Assembly: GCA_943356495.1 (NCBI GenBank)
Contig: CALRFF010000002.1
Location: forward strand, 12,596-76,595
DNA length: 64,000 nucleotides
Direction of reading: 5' to 3'
Source of the DNA: Candidatus Nomurabacteria bacterium
GTDB lineage: Bacteria; Patescibacteriota; Minisyncoccia; Phycocordibacterales; SBAW01
The notes under the pieces were generated by a model. That model saw only the letters and a list, made by a program, of their open reading frames with translations, was not told the origin of the DNA and did no database searches. Positions 45,218-53,620 of this stretch are shown one piece after another (within the stretch, counting starts at the first letter, position 1; each line of letters opens with the position of its first letter). Made by a program: the position numbers and the translations under genes.

Positions 45218-47035
45218 ATGAAAGGCTTTGACTTCTTAAAATACAAGCACGCGCCCGAGCAACCGTCGCAGATGGCGCCTATACTCCCCGAGCAGATATA
45301 CAAGCAGGGAGTCTTGGAGCTGCAAGACGTCATAGCCCCCAGCGCGCTTAAGATAACCCCGCGCGAGATAAACTTAGGCGACAAAATCGCCCGCACCTTC
45401 TTTGTGATGTCGTACCCGCGCGTCCTTACCGACAGCTGGTTCGGGCCAATCATCAACCTCGACCGCGTGCTCGATGTGTCTATTTTTATCCACCCCATCG
45501 ACTCGGCCGAGATACTGAAGAAGTTTCAAAAAAAAGTTGCCGAGGTACAAAGCCAGATTATGGCTCGGGAAGAAAAGGGTATGGTCCGCGACCCGATACT
45601 CGACACCGCCTACAAAGACCTCGAAGACTTGCGCGACCAGCTGCAGCAGGCGCAGGAGCGCATCTTTGACGTCGGCGTGTACATCACCATCTACGGCACG
45701 ACGGTCGAAGACCTGGACAAGGCCGAGTCCGAAATTAAGTCCATGCTCGAGTCGCGTCTGGTGTACGTAAAGCCGGCGCTCTTCCAGCAAGAGCAGGGCT
45801 TTAAGTCGGTGCTGCCGCTGGGCCACGACGAGCTCGGCGTAAATTCAAAGCTTAACTCTTCGCCGCTTTCGAGCATCTTCCCGTTTGTGTCCTTTGACCT
45901 CACTTCTGACAAGGGGATTCTCTACGGCGTTAACCGTCACAACGCGTCGCTCGTGCTCTTTGACCGCTTTAGCCTCGAGAACTACAACTCCGTTATCTTT
46001 GCCAAATCGGGCTCGGGCAAAAGCTATGCGACCAAGCTCGAAATACTGCGTACCCTGATGTTTGATACCGAGGTTATTGTTATCGACCCCGAGCGCGAGT
46101 ACGAGTTCCTTAGCCAAACGGTAGGGGGGCGGTACTTCAACATTTCGCTCAACTCAGAAAACCATATCAACCCGTTCGACCTGGCCGCCCCGCGCGAGGA
46201 CGAGTCGCCCGCCGACGTATTGCGCAGCAACATTGTGGCGTTGGTAGGTATGTTCCGCATTATGCTCGGCGGGCTCACCCCCGAGGAGGACGCCATCATG
46301 GACAAGGCAATTACCGAAACCTACGCGCTCAAAGATATTACGGTGGACAGCAACTTTGCCGAGATAGAGCCGCCGCTCCTTTCTGACTTCGAATTGGTGC
46401 TTGCGGGCATGCAGGGCAGCGAATCGCTGGTGCAGCGCCTTAGTAAGTACACCAAAGGCACGTGGGCCGGGTTTATTAACCAGCCGACCAACGTCGACTT
46501 AAACAAAAAGTTCGTCGTCTTTTCGGTGCGCGACATGGAAGACGACCTTAAACCGGTCGCGATGTATCTGATTACGCATTACATATGGAACGCGGTGCGC
46601 AAAAATCTTAAAAAGCGTCTGCTGGTTATCGACGAGGCATGGTGGATGATGAAGTCCGACGACACGGCGTCGTTTCTATACGGCATGGCCAAGCGCGGAC
46701 GCAAATACTTTCTTGGGCTTGCAACCATTACCCAAGACGTAGATGACTTTTTAAAGTCGCCGTACGGCCTGCCGATGATTACCAACTCTTCTATCCAAAT
46801 ACTGCTCAAGCAGTCGCCCACAACCATCGACACGCTGCAAAAAACCTTTAACCTTTCCGACGAAGAAAAATATCTACTGCTTGAGTCTGACGTAGGAGAG
46901 GGGATATTTTTTGCGGGGCTTAAGCATGTTGCCATCAAAGTCATAGCCTCGTACACCGAAGACCAGATAATTACCTCCGATCCCTCCCAAGTACTGGCGC
47001 TTAAGCGCGCACGGACCGAAGGCTCGGCACAATAA
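45218..47035 (+). CDS. Operon gene 7: VirB4-family type IV secretion ATPase
   Basis: Walker A AKSGSGKSYATK, Walker B LLVIDEAWWMM, VirB4 middle-region motifs (RTFFVMSYPR, DVSIFIHPI); 605 aa. Confidence 0.85.
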   Translation: MKGFDFLKYKHAPEQPSQMAPILPEQIYKQGVLELQDVIAPSALKITPREINLGDKIARTFFVMSYPRVLTDSWFGPIINLDRVLDVSIFIHPIDSAEILKKFQKKVAEVQSQIMAREEKGMVRDPILDTAYKDLEDLRDQLQQAQERIFDVGVYITIYGTTVEDLDKAESEIKSMLESRLVYVKPALFQQEQGFKSVLPLGHDELGVNSKLNSSPLSSIFPFVSFDLTSDKGILYGVNRHNASLVLFDRFSLENYNSVIFAKSGSGKSYATKLEILRTLMFDTEVIVIDPEREYEFLSQTVGGRYFNISLNSENHINPFDLAAPREDESPADVLRSNIVALVGMFRIMLGGLTPEEDAIMDKAITETYALKDITVDSNFAEIEPPLLSDFELVLAGMQGSESLVQRLSKYTKGTWAGFINQPTNVDLNKKFVVFSVRDMEDDLKPVAMYLITHYIWNAVRKNLKKRLLVIDEAWWMMKSDDTASFLYGMAKRGRKYFLGLATITQDVDDFLKSPYGLPMITNSSIQILLKQSPTTIDTLQKTFNLSDEEKYLLLESDVGEGIFFAGLKHVAIKVIASYTEDQIITSDPSQVLALKRARTEGSAQ

Positions 47036-47037
47036 TT

Positions 47038-47625
47038 ATGAAAGGCTTTTTACTTATACTTTTTGCACTGTTCATAGACGGCTTACAGGCCATGCTTATG
47101 CTTGTCTTTACGGTCATGCAGTTTGTCACGCCTATTGGAGGTGGAATTGCCGGTGCTTTGGCGGCCGGGCAGTATTGCTGGAGTATCTCTTCAGGTATTT
47201 TTAGCGGCGCTTACAGTTGGGCCTCATGCGCGCTAACTGGTGGGGTTGTAGGTGCAGGGGTGAGTGCTTTTGCTATACCTATAGGCGTCGCTGTCGATGT
47301 AGCCATAACTATTACCTTCGGTGGCGTGTTGGTTATGGTGCTGGCATGGATGGGGATGTTTTACCCCGGTACCGTATTGGGAGTCTTTTTTGGAGAGTCT
47401 ATTCCGATTATTAACATCTTGCCCGGCTGGACACTGATGACCTGGCGCTGCTTGCACAAAAAGAATCAGGAAGAAAAAGATAAGCGTAAAGGTTTTAGCG
47501 GAGCAATGCCGGGAGTGTCGCTCAACGCTGTGCCGGGCCGCGAGGACACTGCGTTTGAAAAAGCCCAATGGGCCACGCGTAGAATCAACGACTCCCGCCA
47601 GGTAGACGGTATACGTCATGCATAA
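47038..47625 (+). CDS. Operon gene 8: Gly-rich polytopic membrane protein
   Basis: 195 aa, 4-5 predicted TM helices; unknown family. Confidence 0.5.
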   Translation: MKGFLLILFALFIDGLQAMLMLVFTVMQFVTPIGGGIAGALAAGQYCWSISSGIFSGAYSWASCALTGGVVGAGVSAFAIPIGVAVDVAITITFGGVLVMVLAWMGMFYPGTVLGVFFGESIPIINILPGWTLMTWRCLHKKNQEEKDKRKGFSGAMPGVSLNAVPGREDTAFEKAQWATRRINDSRQVDGIRHA

Positions 47626-48640
47626 CTTCCGCCCTATATTTTTTATACTTGCCGCCCTGCTGTATGCGGGTACCGTACACGCGCAAGGCTCGGGCGTGGA
47701 CCCGGTGCAGTACATTATTGCGCCGGAAACTCCGGGGCCCAATGCTCCGGTGCAGATAACCGTACAAGGGGTGGGGAGCTTCCTCGGTGACGCAACCATC
47801 ACCTGGAGCGTGGGCGGCAAAACGGTTGCGAGCGGCACGGGTTTAGCCGCGTTTAGCTTTACCACCGGCGAGCTGGGCACGCAGAGTATAGTGCGCCTTA
47901 CTATCAGCTCGGCAACGCAAGGGCTTATTACGCGAACCTTTACCTTTACGCCGTCGGTCATCAACCTTGTATGGGAGGCGGACACCTCGGTACCGCCGCT
48001 TTTTGCCGGCAAGGCGCTGTACAGCGCAGGCTCTCCGCTGCGGGTGGTGGCCTTTCCGACCGTTATTGTGGCGGGTAAAAAAGTTGCCGCCGAAAGTCTG
48101 TCGTACCAATGGTCGGTAAACGAGCAGCCGGTGCCCGCGTTGTCGGGCACCGGCAAACATATACTGACCTACACGGGCGACCAGTTACAAAGCGCCGAGG
48201 TGGTGTCGGTGGAGGTATATTTTGGGAGTCTAAAGGTCGGGCGCGCCGAAATTGCCGTACCCGCAAGTGAAACACAGGTGCTGTTGTACCACAAAGATGC
48301 ACTGCGCGGAGTCGTGTGGGACAACAGTATGCCCGCAAGCATTGCGCTCGGAGGAAAAGAGCTTACGCTGCAGGCACAGCCGTACTTTTTTGCCAACACC
48401 GCATTAAAAGGCGGCGCGGTGTCATGGACATGGACACTCAACGACGAGGTGGTTACCGGCCCCGACTCGGCAAAAGGCCTGCTTACCCTGCGCCAAACCG
48501 GCGAAGGGAAGGGGAGCGCGTCACTTACGGTAGAGCTGCAAAACCAAAACTCATCGCAGTTGGTGCAGTCGGCAAAAACGATACTTAGTATTATCTTCGG
48601 CAGCGCGCAATCGGGCTTTTCTTCCTTCTTCGGCCTATGA
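47618..48640 (+). CDS. Operon gene 9: secreted beta-rich protein
   Basis: Signal peptide (LAALLYAGTVHAQG), 340 aa, Thr/Ser/Val-rich. Confidence 0.55.
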   Translation: MHNFRPIFFILAALLYAGTVHAQGSGVDPVQYIIAPETPGPNAPVQITVQGVGSFLGDATITWSVGGKTVASGTGLAAFSFTTGELGTQSIVRLTISSATQGLITRTFTFTPSVINLVWEADTSVPPLFAGKALYSAGSPLRVVAFPTVIVAGKKVAAESLSYQWSVNEQPVPALSGTGKHILTYTGDQLQSAEVVSVEVYFGSLKVGRAEIAVPASETQVLLYHKDALRGVVWDNSMPASIALGGKELTLQAQPYFFANTALKGGAVSWTWTLNDEVVTGPDSAKGLLTLRQTGEGKGSASLTVELQNQNSSQLVQSAKTILSIIFGSAQSGFSSFFGL

Positions 48641-49146
48641 AATATCTAACCAAAGAAAAAATACAGGGAATACTGCTGGCGGGGATTACATACACTCCGC
48701 TTGAGCCCTTCCCCAACGCCACGACGGCCACATACAACTCACTCGGCCTGTATCTTAATTTTGTGTTTAAGATTTTGCTTTCTTTGGGGGCCATGGTGGC
48801 AGTAGTAACGCTCGTATTCGGAGGCATAGCCTACATGGTGTCCGAAATTGCGGACAAAAAAACCGAGGCAAGAAAACGCATACAGGCGGCACTCCTCGGG
48901 CTCTTTCTGCTACTGACTTGCTGGCTCATTTTGTATGAAATCAACCCAAATCTGGTTAAATTCTGTCTACCCGGTCTCGACGCCGCTTGCCAGGGGGCTA
49001 TGGCTCCCTCCACTGCGCGCCCTGCCGCCCAGCCTTCGACCGCAAGTGTTGCCCCGAAGCCAGACAACGCAGACAAGGCTGATTGTGAGTCGGTAGCCGG
49101 CAGAACCTTGCATGCAACCGGTCCGGGCACGTGGGAATGCAGATAA
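48637..49146 (+). CDS. Operon gene 10: VirB2/TrbC-like pilin candidate
   Basis: Two hydrophobic helices flanking a short charged loop (SEIADKKTEARKR), the T-pilin topology, preceded by a leader region; 169 aa with Cys-containing tail. Confidence 0.45.
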   Translation: MKYLTKEKIQGILLAGITYTPLEPFPNATTATYNSLGLYLNFVFKILLSLGAMVAVVTLVFGGIAYMVSEIADKKTEARKRIQAALLGLFLLLTCWLILYEINPNLVKFCLPGLDAACQGAMAPSTARPAAQPSTASVAPKPDNADKADCESVAGRTLHATGPGTWECR

Positions 49147-49150
49147 CATT

Positions 49151-50392
49151 ATGAACAAAACGTACCTATATTACATCGGGGGGACCATAACAGCAGTAGT
49201 AATTTCAGGCGTACTTGCGTTCTTTATTTTCTCGAACGGCCCGGCGACACAAACACAAGGACCGGCCGGTAGTGGTTTCGGCTCAACTGAAAATACAACA
49301 ACTAACGCCGGGGCCTCCGGCACTAACGGAGGGGCAGGGGGAGTGTCACAAAATACCGGCGCGCAAACCTCTCAGCAAAAAATATTCAAAATTTCAGACG
49401 GCCCGGTCGCAGGCGCCACGTTTGTACAGACACTGCGCCCCACGACAACCCTGGCGCGCTTTGTAATGGCAGAAAATGGTCACACGTTCGACCTGGTACT
49501 CGACTCGCAAGGCGCGGTTCCTAAAGCGCTATCCAATACCACTATCCCCGGCGCCCAGAGTACGCTTTGGGTAGAAAAAGGCAATGCCACTGTATTGCAA
49601 TACCTCGACGGTACAACGCCTAAAACTGTGTACCTTGGATTTGCAACAAGTAGCGCTTCTACCAACCCGATCGTGCGCCTGCAGTTTTATCCAGACGGCA
49701 TCGTGTCGTTTGCGGGTTCGCCCGACGGAACGCAGGTTGCCTATCTGTTGCGCACCGCAAGAGGGGTGGACGCCTACACAGCAAAAACGGACGGCACCCA
49801 AGGCAAACGGCTCTTTTCGCTCCCGCTCTCAGAGGTGCAGCTGCGCTGGCCGGCGCAAGGCACCTTGCTTGCACATACCAATGCCGCTGTCGGCGTGCCG
49901 GGGATTGCCTTTGCCATAGACGCAAAAACGGGCGTAGTAACCCCGCTCGTATATGCGCCGGGGCTGACCGCAACAGCCGACCTCACTTTTGACCATGTGA
50001 TGTACCAAACCACACCAGCTAGTTCCGGTATGCGGGCAACCTACTCGCGCGAGGTCAGCTCGGGCACCAACCGTGCGCTTTCATTTGATCCCTACCCGGA
50101 GAAATGTATACAGAGCCCGCGCGCCGCAACCGTACTGTATTGTGCAACTCCGCTCGACTACGTAGCTACAACCTACCTTGATATGTGGCACCAGGGTGCA
50201 GCGAGCACTGCAGACAGTGTTATTTCATTTGACCTTGTGGCAGGCACCTCGCAGATACTCGCAACGCCGGGTGGGGCCGAAGGGGGAGTGGCTACCGATA
50301 TGTTGCAGCTCGCAGCCTCGGGAGACGGGCGCTATCTGCTGTTTGTATCAAAATACGATCGCTCCCTGTGGGGCGTTAGGCTCCTGCCGTAG
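49151..50392 (+). CDS. Operon gene 11: membrane-anchored protein with Gly/Thr linker and TolB-like beta-propeller (PD40-type repeats)
   Basis: N-terminal TM, SPDGTQVAYL and SGDGRYLLFVS PD40-like repeats. Confidence 0.5.
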   Translation: MNKTYLYYIGGTITAVVISGVLAFFIFSNGPATQTQGPAGSGFGSTENTTTNAGASGTNGGAGGVSQNTGAQTSQQKIFKISDGPVAGATFVQTLRPTTTLARFVMAENGHTFDLVLDSQGAVPKALSNTTIPGAQSTLWVEKGNATVLQYLDGTTPKTVYLGFATSSASTNPIVRLQFYPDGIVSFAGSPDGTQVAYLLRTARGVDAYTAKTDGTQGKRLFSLPLSEVQLRWPAQGTLLAHTNAAVGVPGIAFAIDAKTGVVTPLVYAPGLTATADLTFDHVMYQTTPASSGMRATYSREVSSGTNRALSFDPYPEKCIQSPRAATVLYCATPLDYVATTYLDMWHQGAASTADSVISFDLVAGTSQILATPGGAEGGVATDMLQLAASGDGRYLLFVSKYDRSLWGVRLLP

Positions 50393-50849
50393 CGCCCGCT
50401 TTATATTTGAGTACGATATGGCGGAATTTACCCTCGCCGGCGGACTCGGTTTTGATCTCGGCGTCGTCGGCGAACAATTCATGCACCACCAGCCGCTCAT
50501 ACGACGACATCGGCGGCAGCTCTACATCATGTTTAAACAATCGTGCGCGCTGCGCCAGCATAAGCGCGTTTTTACGTACGACCTCAAGCTGGTTCTCGTG
50601 GTAATCGTTGATGTCTATAAGGAAATTTGCGGCTTCTTCGCCGTGCTTTTTTTCAACCATGCGGCGGGCGATAGTGTTGAGCGCCCGCAACGATTCGCCG
50701 TCTTGGCCGACAATGGCCTGCGCGTCGGGGGACTGCACGCGGACCACCGTGCGAGGTCCTTCTGACAGCGCAATTGAGTCGGTAGAAACCCCGAGCTTAC
50801 TAAACAGTTCTGTAACAAATGCGTGGAGATCGGGCATGGGTTTAACCAT
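50376..50849 (-). CDS. jag: Jag/KhpB-like RNA-binding protein (Jag-N, KH, R3H)
   Basis: Position after yidC; R3H-like C-terminal region; start ambiguous (50849 or 50837). Confidence 0.7.
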   Translation of the reverse strand: MVKPMPDLHAFVTELFSKLGVSTDSIALSEGPRTVVRVQSPDAQAIVGQDGESLRALNTIARRMVEKKHGEEAANFLIDINDYHENQLEVVRKNALMLAQRARLFKHDVELPPMSSYERLVVHELFADDAEIKTESAGEGKFRHIVLKYKAGATAGA

Positions 50850-50862
50850 ACCCCGACCTGAA

Positions 50863-51576
50863 CTACTTCTGCAACTTGTGCTTAATAAGCCACTCTTGTC
50901 CCAAGGAAATGAGGTTGCCGGCAATAAAGTAGACGCCTACCGCAGCAGGGAAGAAGTACCCAAATACGCCGAGGAGCCCCGGCATAAGGTAGAGCATCAT
51001 AGCGCTCTGCATCTTTTGAGCCGCGGCCTTTTCAGGGGAAAGGGTGGTTTGAGAAACGTTGGTGCGCGCGAGCGTCAGCTTGATAGTAAGGTATTGCGTA
51101 ATGCCAACCAACGCAGCCACTACGATATGGTGAGGGGTCAGAAGGTCGATAAACCCAAGGAAGTGCGTATTAACCACGGCCGGCACCTGCACAAATGAGT
51201 AGAGCAGATGCTCCTCAATGGCCGGAAAGCCTTCACGAAACATTGCGTAATACAGCGCAATGAGCACCACGAGCTGTATCGCCAACGTACCGATGCCCGC
51301 GAGGGGATTAACTTTATGTTTTTTTAACAGCTCAAGGCGCGCCTTGGTAAGCTCCTCGGGCTTGTCTTTAAGTTTTTTTGTAACCTCATCGAGGTCGGCC
51401 TGCATGGCCTGCATACCCATTTGGGTGCGAATGGACGAGGTAAACACCGGATACAGTACCGCGCGCATAATAATAGTGAGCGCAATAATCGCGAGTCCCA
51501 CGTCGCCGCCCGGCACCACCCCGATAAGAAACACAAACAGGTTATAGATAGGCTGTATGAAGTAGGTGGTAAACAT
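50863..51576 (-). CDS. yidC: Membrane protein insertase YidC (short form)
   Basis: Five-TM core typical of YidC/Oxa1; conserved position between rnpA and jag. Confidence 0.85.
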   Translation of the reverse strand: MFTTYFIQPIYNLFVFLIGVVPGGDVGLAIIALTIIMRAVLYPVFTSSIRTQMGMQAMQADLDEVTKKLKDKPEELTKARLELLKKHKVNPLAGIGTLAIQLVVLIALYYAMFREGFPAIEEHLLYSFVQVPAVVNTHFLGFIDLLTPHHIVVAALVGITQYLTIKLTLARTNVSQTTLSPEKAAAQKMQSAMMLYLMPGLLGVFGYFFPAAVGVYFIAGNLISLGQEWLIKHKLQK

Positions 51577-51582
51577 ATAGGT

Positions 51583-51837
51583 TTAATTACGGACAAAAAG
51601 CGCCAAAAGTCCTTTGTGCGGCAGGTCGAACCCCTTAAGGTCGCGATAGGCCTTACGGCGCATACGGTTGCGCTTGGTGGCAAGGCGGGCGGTCTTTTTA
51701 GACACAATGACCGCAACCCCGAGCGGGGCGCGGCCATCAAGGTATTTGCCGGTATAGGGGCCTACTTTCAGGCTTTTACCGCGGGCAAGCACCTCTTTAA
51801 CCTCTAACGCACGCAATCGCGAACGTTTGGGGAGCAT
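51583..51837 (-). CDS. rnpA: Ribonuclease P protein component
   Basis: 84 aa basic protein, conserved position after rpmH. Confidence 0.75.
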   Translation of the reverse strand: MLPKRSRLRALEVKEVLARGKSLKVGPYTGKYLDGRAPLGVAVIVSKKTARLATKRNRMRRKAYRDLKGFDLPHKGLLALFVRN

Positions 51838-51842
51838 AGGAG

Positions 51843-51977
51843 TTAGGCTGAGAGGCGAGCGCGGCCCTTGCGGCGGCGGCGGGCAAGCGTAGCGCGGCCT
51901 GCGGGGGTAGCCGCGCGCTTAAGAAACCCGTGGGAACGGGCCCGTTTGCGCTTTTTGGGCTGGTACGTTTGTGACAT
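51843..51977 (-). CDS. rpmH: 50S ribosomal protein L34
   Basis: 44-aa ORF absent from ORF track: [44 protein letters not shown]. Confidence 0.85.
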   Translation of the reverse strand: MSQTYQPKKRKRARSHGFLKRAATPAGRATLARRRRKGRARLSA

Positions 51978-52075
51978 GTGTCAACTATACCGTATCCCCA
52001 GTTTCTCCACAACAAGTGCACACCTGTAGGAATTTTGACGGACGGGGCAATGGCGCGTATTCTTTAATAACTTCA

Positions 52076-53419
52076 ATGACAACCACAAAAGAACTTTGGG
52101 AAAACGCACTGGTAGAGCTCGAGCTCACCATATCGCGCCCGAACTTTAATACGTGGTTCCGTGACACACACATTACGCGCTTTGAGGAGGGGGTAGTATA
52201 CCTTGGCGTCCCGTCGCAGTTTGCCCGCGACTGGCTTTCCTCTAAGTTCCATAAGGATATTCTGCGGAGCCTGCGCGTGCTCTCGGAAAGTGTCCGCAAT
52301 GTCGAGTATGTTATTTCGCGCGGCCCCAAACGCACAGAGGAACCGCGCACCGTACCGCCCCCCGTTACCGAGCTGCCGCTCGAGCCGGTGCATGCTCGCA
52401 CCAACCTCAACCCACGTTTTACCTTTAACAATCTGGTGGTTGGGCCGTTTAATGAGCTCGCAAATGCCGCTGCACAGGCCGTAGTACGCAAACCGGGCAT
52501 CGCGTACAACCCCTTACTGGTCTACGGACCGACCGGGTTGGGCAAAACACACCTCGTGCAGGCTATCGGCAATCACTTCCGCCTCCAAGCGCCCGACCGC
52601 AAGGTGTATTACGTCACTTCGGAAAAGTTTTCTATGGACTATGTCTCCGCTCTACAGGAGGGGGGCGGCAAAATAACAAGCTTTAAAGAAAAATACCGCC
52701 AGTATGACCTGCTTATTATGGACGATGTACAGTTTTTGGCCGGGCGCGACAAGATAAAAGAAGAGTTCTTCCACCTCTTTAACTACCTGCACGACAACAA
52801 CAAGCAGTTGGTCTTTTCTTCCGACCAGCACCCAAACGTCATACAAAACCTTGAAGACCGCATAAAAAGCCGTCTCTCGGCCGGCATGATCGTCTCAGTA
52901 ACGCCCCCAGACCACCAGTCGCGCTTGGCAATCGTGCGGGCTAAGGCCTCCGCACATAACTTTATTCTTGCCGACGAGGTGCTGGAGTATTTAGCTACCA
53001 CTATTGCGGGCAATGTACGCGAGCTCGAGGGCGCGCTTAACACGCTTTTGTGCCAATTTGAGATGCGGGGGACGCCGCTGTCGCTTGCAGACGCTAAAAC
53101 ACTCCTACGAGGCTCCGGCGCCACACAAAAGAAGGCGGTGTCGGTGCAGGAAGTGGTTAAAACGATAGCCAACTTTTACGGAGTAGAGGAGGGGAGTATT
53201 TACGAAAAGACGCGCCGCAAAGAGGTAGTGCGCCCCCGGCAAGTCATTATGTTTTTGTTGCGGGAAGACTTCCGTATTTCCTTCCCCACTATAGGAGAGA
53301 AGCTCGGCGGCCGAGACCACACCACCGTCATACACTCCTGCGACAAAATAAAGAACGATTTACGCCAAGACAGCATACTTTCCAACGAACTCCACCAAAT
53401 TCGCCTCATGTTGAAATGA
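52076..53419 (+). CDS. dnaA: Chromosomal replication initiator DnaA
   Basis: AAA+ Walker A GPTGLGKTHL, box VII, C-terminal DnaA-box-binding HTH; start at MTTTKELW. Confidence 0.9.
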   Translation: MTTTKELWENALVELELTISRPNFNTWFRDTHITRFEEGVVYLGVPSQFARDWLSSKFHKDILRSLRVLSESVRNVEYVISRGPKRTEEPRTVPPPVTELPLEPVHARTNLNPRFTFNNLVVGPFNELANAAAQAVVRKPGIAYNPLLVYGPTGLGKTHLVQAIGNHFRLQAPDRKVYYVTSEKFSMDYVSALQEGGGKITSFKEKYRQYDLLIMDDVQFLAGRDKIKEEFFHLFNYLHDNNKQLVFSSDQHPNVIQNLEDRIKSRLSAGMIVSVTPPDHQSRLAIVRAKASAHNFILADEVLEYLATTIAGNVRELEGALNTLLCQFEMRGTPLSLADAKTLLRGSGATQKKAVSVQEVVKTIANFYGVEEGSIYEKTRRKEVVRPRQVIMFLLREDFRISFPTIGEKLGGRDHTTVIHSCDKIKNDLRQDSILSNELHQIRLMLK

Positions 53420-53620
53420 TGTGGATAGCGATGTATAACAAGAGTCTCCTACACACTACCCACACTTCTATGCACAGTTTTCCTCAGAAATGTGGCGGTA
53501 GCAGGGGATCAGATAAACCTTATGTTTAAACAATAAAGTAACTTATCCCCCTTACCCACAAGGCTAATAGTAATAAGGTTTATATATACAACCCTTTCCA
53601 CACAACTCTTTTAAACCCGT
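53420..53620. promoter_or_regulatory. Candidate oriC in the dnaA-dnaN spacer
   Basis: DnaA-box-like TGTGGATAG (53410-53418), TTATCCCCC (53544-53552), TTTCCACAC (53596-53604) plus AT-rich TAATAGTAATAAGGTTTATATATACAA unwinding-type stretch. Confidence 0.55.

Noticed and set aside
38183-50392. Interpretation of the secretion operon as an integrated conjugative element or plasmid segment
   Set aside because: No relaxase, coupling protein, integrase or att-like repeats, and no tRNA junction. Composition is chromosome-like, and the operon sits between rsmA and the jag-yidC-rnpA-rpmH-dnaA origin block.
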